Below are positions 10,976 to 22,762 of a DNA stretch of 35,764 nucleotides, piece after piece. The stretch comes from Leidyana gryllorum EB-2025a. Its lineage: Eukaryota; Protista; Apicomplexa. Position 1 is the first letter of the stretch, and the number at the start of each line of letters is the position of its first letter. The notes beneath the pieces are model-generated. The model searched no databases, was not told the origin of the DNA, and was given only the letters and a program-made list of their open reading frames with translations. The DNA lies in NCBI GenBank assembly GCA_048772705.1, contig JBLWGC010000015.1, positions 1 to 35,764 on the forward strand, written 5' to 3'. The position numbers and the translations under genes are program-made.

Positions 10976-12227
10976 ATGATAGATCTACATGAAGTAAAGT
11001 CCGTACCCGGAGTGAAATCCAGTCTTGAAGAGGCATCTACTGAGGAAACTCTGGTCAACGAAGATCTTAGTACGATGACCGTGCGTAAACCACTGCATGA
11101 GGAAGCTGTAACAGAACCGTGCGCATCTCTAACGACCACCAAGTCCCGACAATCTCCCAAATCAGACTCCTTAGCCGACCACTTTCGGTCCAAAGATACC
11201 AGCAGCGTGCCTTCCTCCACCGGAGAGTTACCCAAGGTGTGGATGGAGATGGCAAGCAAGATTCGCCAAGCCGTAAAGACCCGACACACTGCGTCGCCGC
11301 ATTGTCAATCCACCCCCCGCCCCGAACCTTCGGCTAAACCGCCGCCGACTTCCGACTACATCCTTCACATTACAGACGAAATGCGGGAGGTCACTGAAGT
11401 CACCATGCAACGAGGTGACTTGACCCACAACAAGGCGGAAATCTCGCTGAATGAACTGATGAGTGCGGTACGTTGCAGTCGGACCCCGATACCTCACACA
11501 CACGAACATAATTGATCGAACGCATGGAAACACCTAATGTCTCTGTTTCCGAAGATTAGCACATGCTCTTGGGTACATTCTATTCGCAGGTTCAGAAATA
11601 CAATGAGTCCGATATTGAAGGACAGCGCGTTGACTTAGCTGGAATACTTCAACGAACTTATATTGTGCGCAAGGACGAGGTCTCTGCAGACCTGTATTTA
11701 GAAGGTTTGAAGCCTGCGGAAATACTGCGATTGCAAGGTTCGGAGCGTCGGTATCAAAGGATGATATCAAAGAACATGCCATTATTCAAGAAGTTGCGTG
11801 CGGCAGATGATTTGGAGCAGGATGTGCCCAATGGACTGGCGATTGAGTTGCGGGGATCTATGGCGTAAGCGTGTGTTTAAGGCCTAACGGCGGTCATAGG
11901 TGTTTGCAGAATGGCATTGAGTATGTTGGTGGGGCTATTCACCTCTTTCTTTTGCGGTTACTTTGGAGGCCCCTACGTGGGAGCGGATAGCCAATGGGCG
12001 GTAAGAGTTGTCGCGGCACGTTGGAGGTGATGATATACATGTCCTGGTCACAGAGAGCAGTGCTGGGTTTGGTCTTCACGATTGCCTTCCTGGTAGTGGA
12101 GATTTCCCTCATCTTAGTTCGGTACTCTAAACTCGACAGACTACAAGATTTGCGAAGGAAACGTAAGGAGCGGCGCAAAGAGCTCGCGCGACGGAGATAC
12201 GAAGAAAGTTCTACTAAGGAAACATGA
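10976..12227 (+). CDS. VMA12: VMA12/TMEM199-like ER V-ATPase assembly factor (4 exons)
   Basis: Introns 11468-11559, 11865-11909 and 12001-12053. RLQGSERRYQRMI, then two TM helices (MALSMLVGLFTSFFCGYFGG; RAVLGLVFTIAFLVVEISLILVR) and a basic tail, typical of the Vma12 family. Confidence 0.65.
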
Positions 12228-12253
12228 TACAGACTAGCTAAGCGTTACAATCA

Positions 12254-14702
12254 TTATTGGAAGTCGGTCCTTCGTCGCTTGGCGGACTCACCACCGCCCA
12301 CATCTGCGTCAGCTGGGCGCTTACCTGGGTTTACGCTAGTGAGTAGTGAGTCGGAGGCTTCACTGCTCGTCGCAGGCATCGCTCCAACCCGCGACTGAGT
12401 CAATATGAATAGACAAGAGTCTTCGCCGTTGCGATTTCTTACCTGACGCCCGATCCGTATCTCAATGTTGTCGGTGGGACTCTTCTGGTGAAGTCGAAGG
12501 TCTCCGGCTGTAGCCAATACCAAGATGTGTTTCAGAGTGACGGCAGCTTGAATGCGAGTGCACCGACTCGGTGGAATAATTTCCGAGAATGTGGTATAGA
12601 CATCTTCAACGGGGGTGAGAGCGGCAGCTGCCTTGTTGTGCAGTAACTTTCCAATGAAACTGGAGAAGATGAGATCTGTGGGCAGAGGAAGGCAGTATGG
12701 GCGAACTTACCAGCGGAGGGTCCAAGTGTTAACTTCGTAGGCGCTTTCAGCACTCGTTACGGTCCCACGGGTGCCAACAGAAGGGACAGCTGGTTGAGGG
12801 GGTGACTCTCCCGAGCCGCCTGCGCTCTCGAAGGGAAGGGGAGAGGAAAAAACAGGGTGTTCGGCTGGGGTACCAGCAGCTTCCGAAGGAGCGGCGCCCA
12901 CCAACCGAAGTATACTTGAAATGTCATTACTTGAGGAGACGGAATCCAAGCGACAAGCGAAATCAGCAGTGGGGGGCTTCTCAGCCGAATCCACCACCGA
13001 AGAGTCCAGATTGTCAAAACTCATCTCGGAATCGCGATGACGACGACCGGGGTGATGAGGAGTGAGTATGGGAAGGTCGCCCATCGTCTCGCCGAGACTG
13101 CCGGCTCCGGTGATAGATTGCTCTGGTCGCACAGACCCGGTATCATCCTCCCAGCGAAAGACTTTGGAGTGGAGCATCCTAGATTTGATCGCCACCTGGA
13201 ATCTCTCTTCGAGCGATCGACACATCGCGGCGGTGAAGGGTAGCCATAGTGCGGGGATTGTGGTGGAGGCGCGACAGTCAAAGGTACGCGCTGGATACTC
13301 TGTTGAAGGGAACTTGTACAATACTCCGCCTCCTTCTGCGCATCTTACCGAGACATCCATTGCCTTCCACCAAACGGTGCTCGACCACCGATATGTTCTC
13401 GTCCCACAACGGTAGAAGTCGTTTTTCTTTGGACAGTGCGTCCTTCTTGCCAGTCTTCACGTGCTTCAGCTGAGCCTTGTCCTCGGGGGCGCCTGCTAAC
13501 CTATCAGAGAATAAGACTTCTTGCGCCGCCTGTTCTTGTTCAACTTCGCTCCTCCGTCTCAATCTGACAGAGGCGCCACCGTCGTTCTGTGGGCGGGCAG
13601 TCAGAGGATGCGCGAACAGCACTTCCTCCTCTTCGTCTTCCTCCGGCGCACTCTCAACCGGGGGCTCAGGCGCTCTGGGAGGCGTCACACCCAGCGGGAC
13701 CTCAACTCTCGGGGAAAGCTCGGGTACTGAGGGTATACTCGGGGACGCCCCCCCAGCGAAGAAAGCACTAATGTCATCACCCTCGTCTTCGACGATCAGA
13801 CCGTCCGGAGGGTCTTCTTCGTCCATCATCGATTCATCAGCGAGTGGTCCCGTCTTCAAACTGCTGTCCATCTGCGTCCATCATTGCATTGAGTGGAATC
13901 TCCTCCCTTCCTCACTTCTGATTGCAACAGAGACATCAGATTCTCTGTCTCCGGGTGGCACAGCCAGCTCATGTCCAGCTGGGCCGGGCGCTTCTCCAAT
14001 AATTGGAGGAGTTTGCGGGCCGGCTCAGCTGCGGCCGCGAGACCTTGAGGACGACCCCGAGGTAGAGAGCCCCCTTCTCGGTACTCTTCATCGCTGCCGT
14101 GCTCCGAATCTGTGTCGTCTTCAGCGGGACCTTCGGGGACGGGTCCACCGGTCCCACCCTCAGCACCCGTGGCAACAGGGCGACGCGTCCGCTGCGGTCG
14201 GCGTTTAGGACGCTCTTCGACCGACTCTTCCATGCCATCATCGACGGCATGGGCAGCGCGTAAAGGTTGGCGAACGGTGTTCTGCTCGATGACCTGCTCG
14301 GTTTCGGATTGTGTTACGCGGAGAGTGCCCTCGCGATTACGCGACTGAGGTACATACCTTCTGCAACATACTCTTGATTTGTTCACCAAAGCCTTCAATG
14401 TTCCAGTAGAGGATCTTACACAGGCCCAGAAGGATGGTCCCAGTTATCCGGGGATTGGTGAACAATAGGAAGAGGGGGTTTTCATTCTGTGGATGTTTGG
14501 GAGCCGGAGTGGTGCCGGCCTGTGTGGCTGCGAGTGCAGCTTGTATGATCTCGTGACAATCTTGGAGAACTTGGGGGGACAACAGAGGAATTCGATCCTT
14601 TGCGGAATGGGTTGGTAGCACACCCGCATTCCAGATCCGCCCAAGCGGTGCTGACACGCGTTCTGTGTATAATTGTGTGTGTAACACGCTTACTGGAGTC
14701 AT
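12254..14702 (-). CDS. RAD21: Cohesin alpha-kleisin RAD21/REC8 family (6 exons)
   Basis: N-terminal PLGRIWNAG...PRITGTILLGLCKI (Rad21/Rec8 N domain), long acidic/Pro linker, and C-terminal winged helix TFSEIIPPSRCTRIQAAVTLKHILVLATAGDLRLHQKSPTDNIEI. RAD21 versus REC8 is not resolvable by eye. Confidence 0.8.
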
Positions 14703-14831
14703 TGAAGCACGCAGGACGCGTAGTTGCCGCCATTGCGCGAGTTTGACTGCTTTTCCTCAAACGAAGAAAAGTGTTGGGTTTAAGGGTTGTGAATTAACAC
14801 CTAAAGTTGTGTTGGTTGTTAGAGCACAAGA

Positions 14832-15392
14832 ATGAAGGTTATTGCTGCGACTTTGTTGACCGCTCTCGCTGCGGGTGAGACGATCATGGAATGGCTGCTC
14901 AGCGGGGAACGCATTAGCCCCGAGCTGACCATGTCGCATGAGATTGCTGTCAAGATGGACCGACAACGTTTGAGCGGTCTTCTAGCCCAGGCTACAGGAG
15001 GATTGGTTATGGTCTTGCCGACCAACGACGCCTGGCTGGAGAAGATGGACCTTTACGAAAAGCTCATGGCCAACACCGCTGCTGCTGCCAAGCTGCGAAA
15101 TGACGTAGTATTCGCTGCAGGTGGTGAGATGGACCGAGTTGGAGGCTTTGATACTCTTCTTGAGTATGCTGAACAGAACGATGGTGTGGTGGATACCGCT
15201 TTCGGTACCCCCATCAAGATTGAATCTGACGGCAAGGCTTGCATTGCCGAGTACGACTCTGATTGGAATCTTGTGACTTCTCAGTGTTCCAATTTGCGTC
15301 TTCCTCCTCTGATGTTCGAGGATGGATCTTTGTACTTCACCGACAAGATTATTCTGCCAGACATCTTGGCCGAGGAAGCTGGCCTTGCGTGA
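14832..15392 (+). CDS. Secreted single fasciclin (FAS1)-like domain protein (186 aa)
   Basis: Signal peptide MKVIAATLLTALAAG. MVLPTNDAW resembles FAS1 H1 (TVFAPTNxAF) and DGSLYFTDKIILP resembles H2 (NGVIHVIDxVLLP). Confidence 0.7.
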   Translation: MKVIAATLLTALAAGETIMEWLLSGERISPELTMSHEIAVKMDRQRLSGLLAQATGGLVMVLPTNDAWLEKMDLYEKLMANTAAAAKLRNDVVFAAGGEMDRVGGFDTLLEYAEQNDGVVDTAFGTPIKIESDGKACIAEYDSDWNLVTSQCSNLRLPPLMFEDGSLYFTDKIILPDILAEEAGLA

Positions 15393-15574
15393 GCCTATCT
15401 ATTGCATAAACCAATATCGACTTAATATTCATCTAACCCTTACAACTGATCGTTAAGCCGTCGATTGTGGAAGCTCCGAGTACAACAGCTTCCGCATCTC
15501 ACTTTAGTAAACACTCAGCGCTTCATGATTGAGCATGTTCGAGCATGCGGACGTGTCTGGAGTGATCTTCCAGA

Positions 15575-16763
15575 ATGCACGCTGCAGTGAGGAAGTTGTG
15601 GACGAAGGTGTCCAGTCGATCAGCATCGAAGGAGATGACAGCTGGGTCCAGCGGTGACTTTAAGTCAGTCATCTCCAGAGATCGCTTGGCTTTCAAGCGG
15701 ACAATTGGAACAGGTGGGCTCTGGAAGAGAGACTGCCGACTACTTTTGCCCCAGGTTCATTCGGACGGGTCTATATTGCGGATGTCTTGGCTCGGCGGGA
15801 CTCTGATCCCAAGACTGTGGCTGTCAAACGGCTGACAAAGGCAACCCTCATCAAACAACAGCAAGTAGAACATATTCAATCGGAGAAGGCCATATTGCAG
15901 TCATTGCACCACCCATTCTGCGTTCAGTTATTGGGACACTATAAAGACGATGCCTATCTCTATCTGGTTTTGGAGCTCGTCGAGGGTGGGGAATTCTTCA
16001 CTTTCTTGCGACGCAAGCATGTGGTGGACTTTGACGCCGCCCAATTCTACGCTGCACAAGTAACGCTGATCTTCGAGTATTTACACGGACGGAACATCGT
16101 GTATAGGGACTTGAAGCCCGAAAATCTCTTGTTGGATGCCACTGGCTATCTCAAAATGACTGATTTTGGCTTTGCCAAGATCTGTCCTTATCGCACATAT
16201 ACCTTGTGTGGGACTCCTGAGTATATGGCTCCTGAGGTGCTCATCAACAAGGGCCATGGCAAAGCAGTTGATTGGTGGACTCTTGGAATTCTAATTTACG
16301 AGATGGTGTCGGGTTATCCCCCTTTCTATGACGAGGAGGTCATGAAGATCTACGAGAAGATTTTAGCCGGAAAGATCGTCTTCTCCCGCACCTTTGATAG
16401 GTAAGGTCACTCAAGTGTCTGGCTATCTTTGACTTGCTGCCACTTCTGTAGTCGAGCTAAAAGTTTGATAAAGAGACTGCTGGCACACGACTTGACCAGA
16501 CGATACGGAACACTGAAAGGTGGAGCTGAGGACGTCAAACAGCACAAGTTTTTCCACGGATTCGACTTTGTTAGTCTGTATCACCGCCAGACGCCTGCCC
16601 CCGAAGTGCCGGCTAAAAAGGTATGTGACAAGACCTTGAGGTCAGCCACTTTCATGTGTGTCTTTCGTGTGTGCAGGGCAATGAAGCGTTCTCTCATTAT
16701 GCCCCCGAGACGCATGAGGCCGAAAGGGTTATAGGGGCTGACGACCCTTTTTTGGGTTGGTAA
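15575..16763 (+). CDS. PKAc: cAMP-dependent protein kinase catalytic subunit (~346 aa, 4 exons)
   Basis: Introns 15714-15754, 16401-16451 and 16621-16676. Motifs GTGSFGRV, VAVK, YRDLKPEN, DFGFAK, TYTLCGTPEYMAPE, GHGKAVDWW; C-terminus DDPFLGW. Confidence 0.95.
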
Positions 16764-17062
16764 AGTGGAGGGACTGCGCAACACATCATTGAAAAATAGA
16801 TTCTGCGATGGCAGTGCAAGTGGGTCGTCGTCAGGCAGACTGGTGGGAGGCCGACCTGTGTTCATTTGTATGCTTCCCGTTTTCTGTTATTGTGTCACAG
16901 GCCACAGTAACTGATATCGAACCAAGAAATTTGGTGTTCGTCACAGGAGGACTGAGAATGTTTGCTCGTCCAATCGTGCGGACCCCCTTTTCACGCAAGC
17001 GTGTAGGCACGTGCTCAGGGTTTAGTCTAGGGATTGAACGATTGTGCTCTCAATGTCATACT

Positions 17063-18432
17063 TCATTCAAGTCCGTGGGGTTTGCCCGACAAGAAATCGG
17101 TCATGCCTCCGGATGTAGGGTTCTCACCCACATCCACAGTGGCTTCAGGCACCGCATTGGCATCATCGGCTTCCTCGTCAACGACAACTTCTTCGCCCAG
17201 CCATTTGATGCGAACTCCATCCATAAATTGCCCTATTGAGAGTTGTTGATCAGTGTACACGACACGGCACGGCTTGGTGGGTGCTTACCTTCTCTGTAAA
17301 CGCCTCTGCGGCTATAGTACTTCGCTCGACCATTTTCGAGCCCATTTTTCCACTGACCTTCGTATTTGCGTCCATCTGGCCAAGTCATCACACCGAAACC
17401 ACTGCTCTTGCCATTTTCGTAGTGCCCTTGATACACTCTTCCATCAGTGAAGGTGAGTTTACCCTCGCCAGTTTGAGAGCTGCGTTTCCACTGGAATCGA
17501 CGAATTGAGAGAGATTGGCGACAACACATCTTTCATCTCACCTCTCCCTCGTAGACTTTGCCGTCGGCCCAGCGATATACACCATAACCTTCTATTTCGC
17601 CATTTTGGAATTCTCCCTCGTAGATGTCCCCATTGGGCGCGGTTAATCGACCTTGGCCATGCTGACGTCCTTTCCTGCACATCGGTTGTGAGAGGCAGTG
17701 GGGCGGAGGGAATATTACTCACTTGTACTCGCCCACGTACTCCATTCCGCTGCTTTGAATCTCGCGGCCACGGCCTTCTCGGCGGTCCTCCACGAAGGGG
17801 CCAAAGTACTTGGATCCATCAGCAAAGCTGTAAATACCATATCCGCAAGCTTTGCCCTCAACAAAAGCTCCCTCGAGTTTAGAGCCATCTTTGTTGGTGT
17901 AAATACCATATCCTACGGAATTACAGACGTTTCGAGGCAGTGTTCAGGGGGGCGGAAGGAGCAGTCTGGAGAGGGAAGGGGGTTTACCATGTGGTTTGCC
18001 CGCAACAAACTCTCCCAGATAGGAAGAACCATCAGCATAGCTCAGTTTGCCTATGCCGTGCTGCTTGCCGTTTTGCCATTTGCCGCGGTATTTCACCCCT
18101 TTGGGGAGCTCAACTTCATGGTCGGTCTCGTCGAGTTCGAAAACACGGCCGCCAAGTGCGTCCGAAGGGAACTCGAGCTCCATGGCCGAAGGAGCGGCGG
18201 CGGGTTCCGCAGCAGGCGCGGTCTCCACTTCCGCCACAGGCGAGGCGTCCGCTTCACCAGCGGTCTCTGACTTTTTGTCGCTGTACGCAGTGGGAGACTC
18301 GCCAGGGGTAGTGGCATTGTCGCCGGCATCCACTTGCGACCGCGGCTTGGTTTCGGGAGCAGCAGGTTCCTTTCCAACGCCAGCTCCGGTGGGGAGCTTG
18401 ATGTCATCAGGTTTAGAGCTACCGCACCCCAT
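17063..18432 (-). CDS. MORN-repeat protein C (N-terminal MGCGSS acylation motif; 5 exons)
   Basis: About 9 repeats of YxGxWxxGxxHGxGxLxxxDG after removing 4 GT-AG introns. Confidence 0.85.
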
Positions 18433-18500
18433 TCTAGATAAGCGGCGAAAGAACTAGATCGAAATTTGAGTGATCCGCGGGAGACACTAAACTAAATTGT

Positions 18501-19712
18501 TCACACAGGTGGACCATCATCAGTGCGTGCGGGCAAGGGTTCTATTGGGTCACACTTGATTGGTTTGTCCGACAACCACTTGACACGAACGCCTTTCATC
18601 CAGGTCCCTGTTTTATCCCAGTGATCAAACAAACTATCCCAGCCAACAAAAAATCCTCACCTTCACGATACTCGCGGTCACTGGCGTAGTACTTGGCATT
18701 GCCGTCCACTTCACCTTGGTAGAACTGCCCATGAACTTGCACACCATTGGCATACTGCAAAACACCGCGCCCGTTCGGCCGACCTGAGCGGAATTGGCCC
18801 TGGTAAATCTGACCGTTGGGCCACCACTGAATCGCCTTGCCTTCTTGGACGCTCTTAACCCACTGTGTTTGTGCCCCATTTAGTCCAGTACCACCCCAAA
18901 CCAGGTCACTCACCTCGCCTTCGTATTTGCGGCCATCAGCCCACCAGTATGTGCCTTGTCCATCCAGCAATCCTTGTTTGAAGTTGCCAATGTACACGTC
19001 ACCAGCAGCTGTGGTCATCTTTCCCAGACCGGTCTTATGTCCCTCGACATAGTTGCCAATGAACACAACGCCATCAGGTTGGACCTCCTTGCCTCGACCA
19101 TTACGCTTGTCGTCTTTGAAATGTCCCAAGAATCTGCCACAACGACATTTTAGATCCTCTCCAGCGCCGGAGGACTTACACAGTGCCATTCGAAAAGACA
19201 TATTTGCCATAGCCGCAGGCTCGACCATTGACGTACTCCCCCTGATAGGTGGTGCCATCTTTGGCCTTGAAGTATCCCAGACCGTTTGGTTTCCCATCTT
19301 CAAACTCGCCAGTGTATGTCGTGCCATCGGGGTACGTCATCAAGCCAACTCCGTGTTGTTTGGTGGCCTTCCATTCACCCTTATACTTCATACCCTTAGC
19401 GAATTCACGCTCCTCAGCATCCTTGGGAACTTCGATCTTGCGGCCCTTAAAGGGGTCAGCCTCGAAGTCATCGCGGAAGGGATCATCCATGTCTACAGCT
19501 TTAGCCGCCACTGGAGCTGTCTCCTCCTCCTCGTCTTCGTCGTCCTCCTCCTCATCTTCGTCCTCTTCTTCCTCGTCTTCGTCCTCCTCGTCTTCCTCCT
19601 CCTCGTCTTCGTCTTCTTCCTCTTCCTCCTCGGCCTCTTCGTAGTCCTCGTCGTCCTCCTCAGGCTCTGCGCCGTGCAGAGGCTCGTCTATTTTCTTGCG
19701 GTAGATCGGCAT
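18501..19712 (-). CDS. MORN-repeat protein B (poly-Glu/Asp N-terminus; 4 exons)
   Basis: ORFs 19176-19712 and 18596-19327 joined by GT-AG introns. The last exon ends ...DDGPPV with TGA at 18501-18503. About 9 MORN repeats. Confidence 0.85.
19520..19660 (-). repeat. Imperfect GAG/GAC/GAA trinucleotide tract encoding poly-Glu/Asp
   Basis: (TCC/TCG/TCT)n on the + strand, encoding EEDDEDYEEAEEEEEEDEDEEEEDEEDEDEEEEDEDEEEDDEDEEEE in MORN-B. Confidence 0.9.
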
Positions 19713-19864
19713 GGACGAGTTACGTTACACCAAAATGTGTTGACACCACCACGACATGCGGCGGATGGAAGGGTCGTTCGTCGAATGTTGGTATATTGCA
19801 AATCAGAAATCACAGAATATCCAATGTAGCGCTATGCGGCCCGACTTTGACTGACGAGGGGTCC

Positions 19865-21278
19865 TCATTCGAAATCTTTCTTCGAGAAGAAGTCATCCAA
19901 ACCTTGCACGGCAGCCGATGGACGACCTGTGTCGTCAACTTTAGAGGATTCCAGGGCTTTGGCTCTCTCTTCCTCTTTCTTTATCCTCTCGAGCACTTCT
20001 GGATCCTTCATGGGATCGTAGTTGTCCAGAGTGTGCCACTCAGGCTCGAGGAACCGAACCAAATTGCCCTCTTTGAACATAGCTTCTCGGTAATGCATTC
20101 TGTCTTTATAGAACTTGCCGACACCATTCTGGACATTATTCGCCCATTGACCTTCATACTTCCTTCCATCCGGCCACTCCAACAAACCATCGCCCTGGAT
20201 TTTGCCCTTCTCGTAATGCCCGATGTAACGGCGACCATCCGGCCATTGGAATATACCATAGCCTTCTTGATGGCCTCTCACCCACTGATTTGATACTTAT
20301 TGACACACCACTTTGATGACAACTCACATTTCCGTCGTACCAGCGGCCGTCGCCCCACTCGTACTTCCCTTGGCCATGAATCAGACCCTTATCCCAATAA
20401 CCCTTGTAGTGTTCGCCATTGTTCACCCGCAGTTCACCCTGACCATGCTTCAACCCGTCCCTGCTCAAAAGATATCGAAAGCGCAGGAATCAGTAAACTC
20501 ACGCAAAATTGCCCACATAGGTGGCACCAGAGACCTGAATCTCTTTACCACGACCGCTCCGCTTATCTCTCGAGAAATTGCCGTAGTAAATGGACCCATC
20601 TTTGAACTGGTATCGCCCATACCCATCAGCCATCCCGTCGATGAACTCTCCCTGGTACTTGGCCCCGTCCTTCGCAGTATAGGTACCAAGACCTCGAGCT
20701 TTCCCATCTTTGAATTGACCGACATAGGTAGAGCCATCAGGATAAGTGAGTTTTCCCACGCCATGAGGACTGCCATCCCGCCACTGACCTTTATACAGAC
20801 AGTTACGCTCGATCGCGGTCTCCTTGGCATCCGAAGGAACCTCAAACACTTTGCCATGCAGCGGATCTAATCGGAAACCGTCTTCATCAAACTTGCGCTC
20901 CTGGGGCGTCACGGGACTCGCTGCTTCCGCAGCCGCACCCACTTGCGTCATCGGGGGCAACGCGCCCCCCGCCAGTGGCGAAGCTGCTATATTGAGCATG
21001 CTTTTAGAGTCAGCTCGCTTCACTCCAGAACTCAGACTTCGACTCAAACTCCTCCGAGCTGCCTCGGCAACCGGCCCAGTCTGCGCAGAGTAAGCACATG
21101 TGATGACGATCAAGAGGTCCAAATGGTCGCCTACCTTGCCCTTGAGTTCTTTCAAGTCATCCTCGGGATTTTCAGATCTCTTCGGTGGCAGAGTTGGATC
21201 CTCCACGGGCTTCTCCGGAGGATCGAAATTGTTGTCTTGCCACGTGTTAGTGTCTGCTTTCTTGCAGGCGTTACCCAT
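19865..21278 (-). CDS. MORN-repeat protein A (N-terminal MGNAC acylation motif; 4 exons)
   Basis: ORFs 20499-21278, 20154-20468 and 19865-20281 joined by GT-AG introns; 9 full plus 1 partial MORN repeats. Confidence 0.85.
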
Positions 21279-21326
21279 AGGTTTAGTTAAATGTGTCGTT
21301 CCACTCTACATGCATCGCACACAGGG

Positions 21327-22729
21327 TCAAACCTCAATCGACTGTTGTGGCGTTAGGCTCCTAGGCATCAATTCAAATGCTTCGAAAGCCACCTCAGGAT
21401 TGGGTCTGTCATTTCCATCACGCACGAAGAATATTTCTTGCTTCTTGAAGTACCTGTAGGGGCACAGAGCGATGTGTTTGCAGAGACACGTGCGATAGAC
21501 GCGAACGTACCGTCTATCATCTTCGTCAACTAGCACCAAGTTGATGACGTATCGAACCGAAAAGACATTGTGAATGTTCTCATATGTTGGAGTCAAATGC
21601 AGCCCCTTCAGGAACATCCTCACGGGTACCGACTCTCCTGATCGAGAGGCTGGCTGTGGCCGTGAGTCAATGACACCACACTCACCTTTGGCTGGTGTCC
21701 CATCCATGAGCTCAAACTTGGTAACGATAGAGTTCTCGTACAGTACCGGCGCATTGTTTGAGTTGACCACTTGCTGCTGAGTGGAAGGCTCATACCCACC
21801 GTGATGATCGGCCTCCCAAGTCCCGCCGCCATTGAAATAGGGAGTTACTCCGCCTACGGTTTCTTGACGGATGAGGTCCAACTCCATGTGTTTAATGCGC
21901 AGTCTAACTGCACTGAAGTGAACCTGCAATGGACGAAGTGGCTTTGTGGGGAGCGAGTTTGGAGAAGGCATGATTTACCTTTCCTAGGATGCACCCATTC
22001 AGCGAGTGTACACCACTTTTTAGCTGTAACTCAATGTGGAGGCACTCCTCAATACCGACCTGTGGACACAAATTGGATCGGGGATTCCACATCTTACATC
22101 AATGCGAACGGGAGTGGGTGGCACGGGTGGTGCCTTCTGGTTGTGGACGACAAAATCGACTTCGCGAAATATGGTTCTATTATAGGGACGAATGAGTGTC
22201 AAGCGAAGGAAGTATCGCAACCGCACGTTGGTGCCGTAATAAGTTTCATGCGGCATATCGCCAGCCTTAAACTTCCATTCATAAGTACGGGGATCCTGCA
22301 GAATACCTTCCCATACCATTTCCACACTCTTCTTGCAGCCTGATCCCACCTGGAGGTTCCAGGTCTTTACTCATACTGAGGAAGTCGCTCTCCTTGGGAC
22401 CCCTCCCGGACTTCATCTCGATCCGTCCAATCATTTCTATCTTAAGCCCGTGATGCTCAATGGCCTTGCCCGGTTTGAACTGCACAGCCGCGACTCCGGA
22501 TATATCATCACCATCCTGAGGATCGTTGTGTGGCGAGGCGGTGGTATATCTGGCCTCACTTGGAACACCAGACCTTTGTCTGAGGGCCTGTCATATGAGA
22601 ATGGAGCTCGAATGCCACCAGGCTTCTTATGTACAGCTAGATCCACTGTCACAGTCGGCTGCCCTCCAAATAAAGATGCCAGCTGTGGGTGGAGTAACAC
22701 GAGTGCCTGATATCATTTTTACTCACCAT
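21327..22729 (-). CDS. VPS26: Retromer subunit VPS26 (8 exons)
   Basis: ATG immediately followed by an intron (ATG|gtgagt). Motifs IEHHGLKIEMIGRIE, DLEPPG, ETYYGTNVRLRYFLR, VGIEECLHIE, IKHMELDLIRQET, KFELMDGTPAKGESVPVRMFL, FSVRYVINLVLVDEDDRRYFKKQEI. Confidence 0.95.
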
Positions 22730-22762
22730 ACTGTGTCAAAGAATAAGTGGTGAATTTTGGAC

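Noticed and set aside
13477-14208. 243-aa plus-strand ORF and similar overlapping ORFs within the kleisin and NOT4 genes
   Set aside because: Antisense shadows of GC-rich low-complexity exons with no recognisable features.
19053-19829. Plus-strand poly-Ser and Leu/Phe/Val-rich ORFs that look like membrane proteins
   Set aside because: Antisense translations of the poly-Glu/Asp tract of MORN-B.
17063-21278. Annotation of the MORN genes as phosphatidylinositol-4-phosphate 5-kinases, or of their periodicity as a CRISPR-like or mobile repeat
   Set aside because: There is no kinase domain, and the periodicity is the protein-level 23-aa MORN repeat with no identical DNA repeats.
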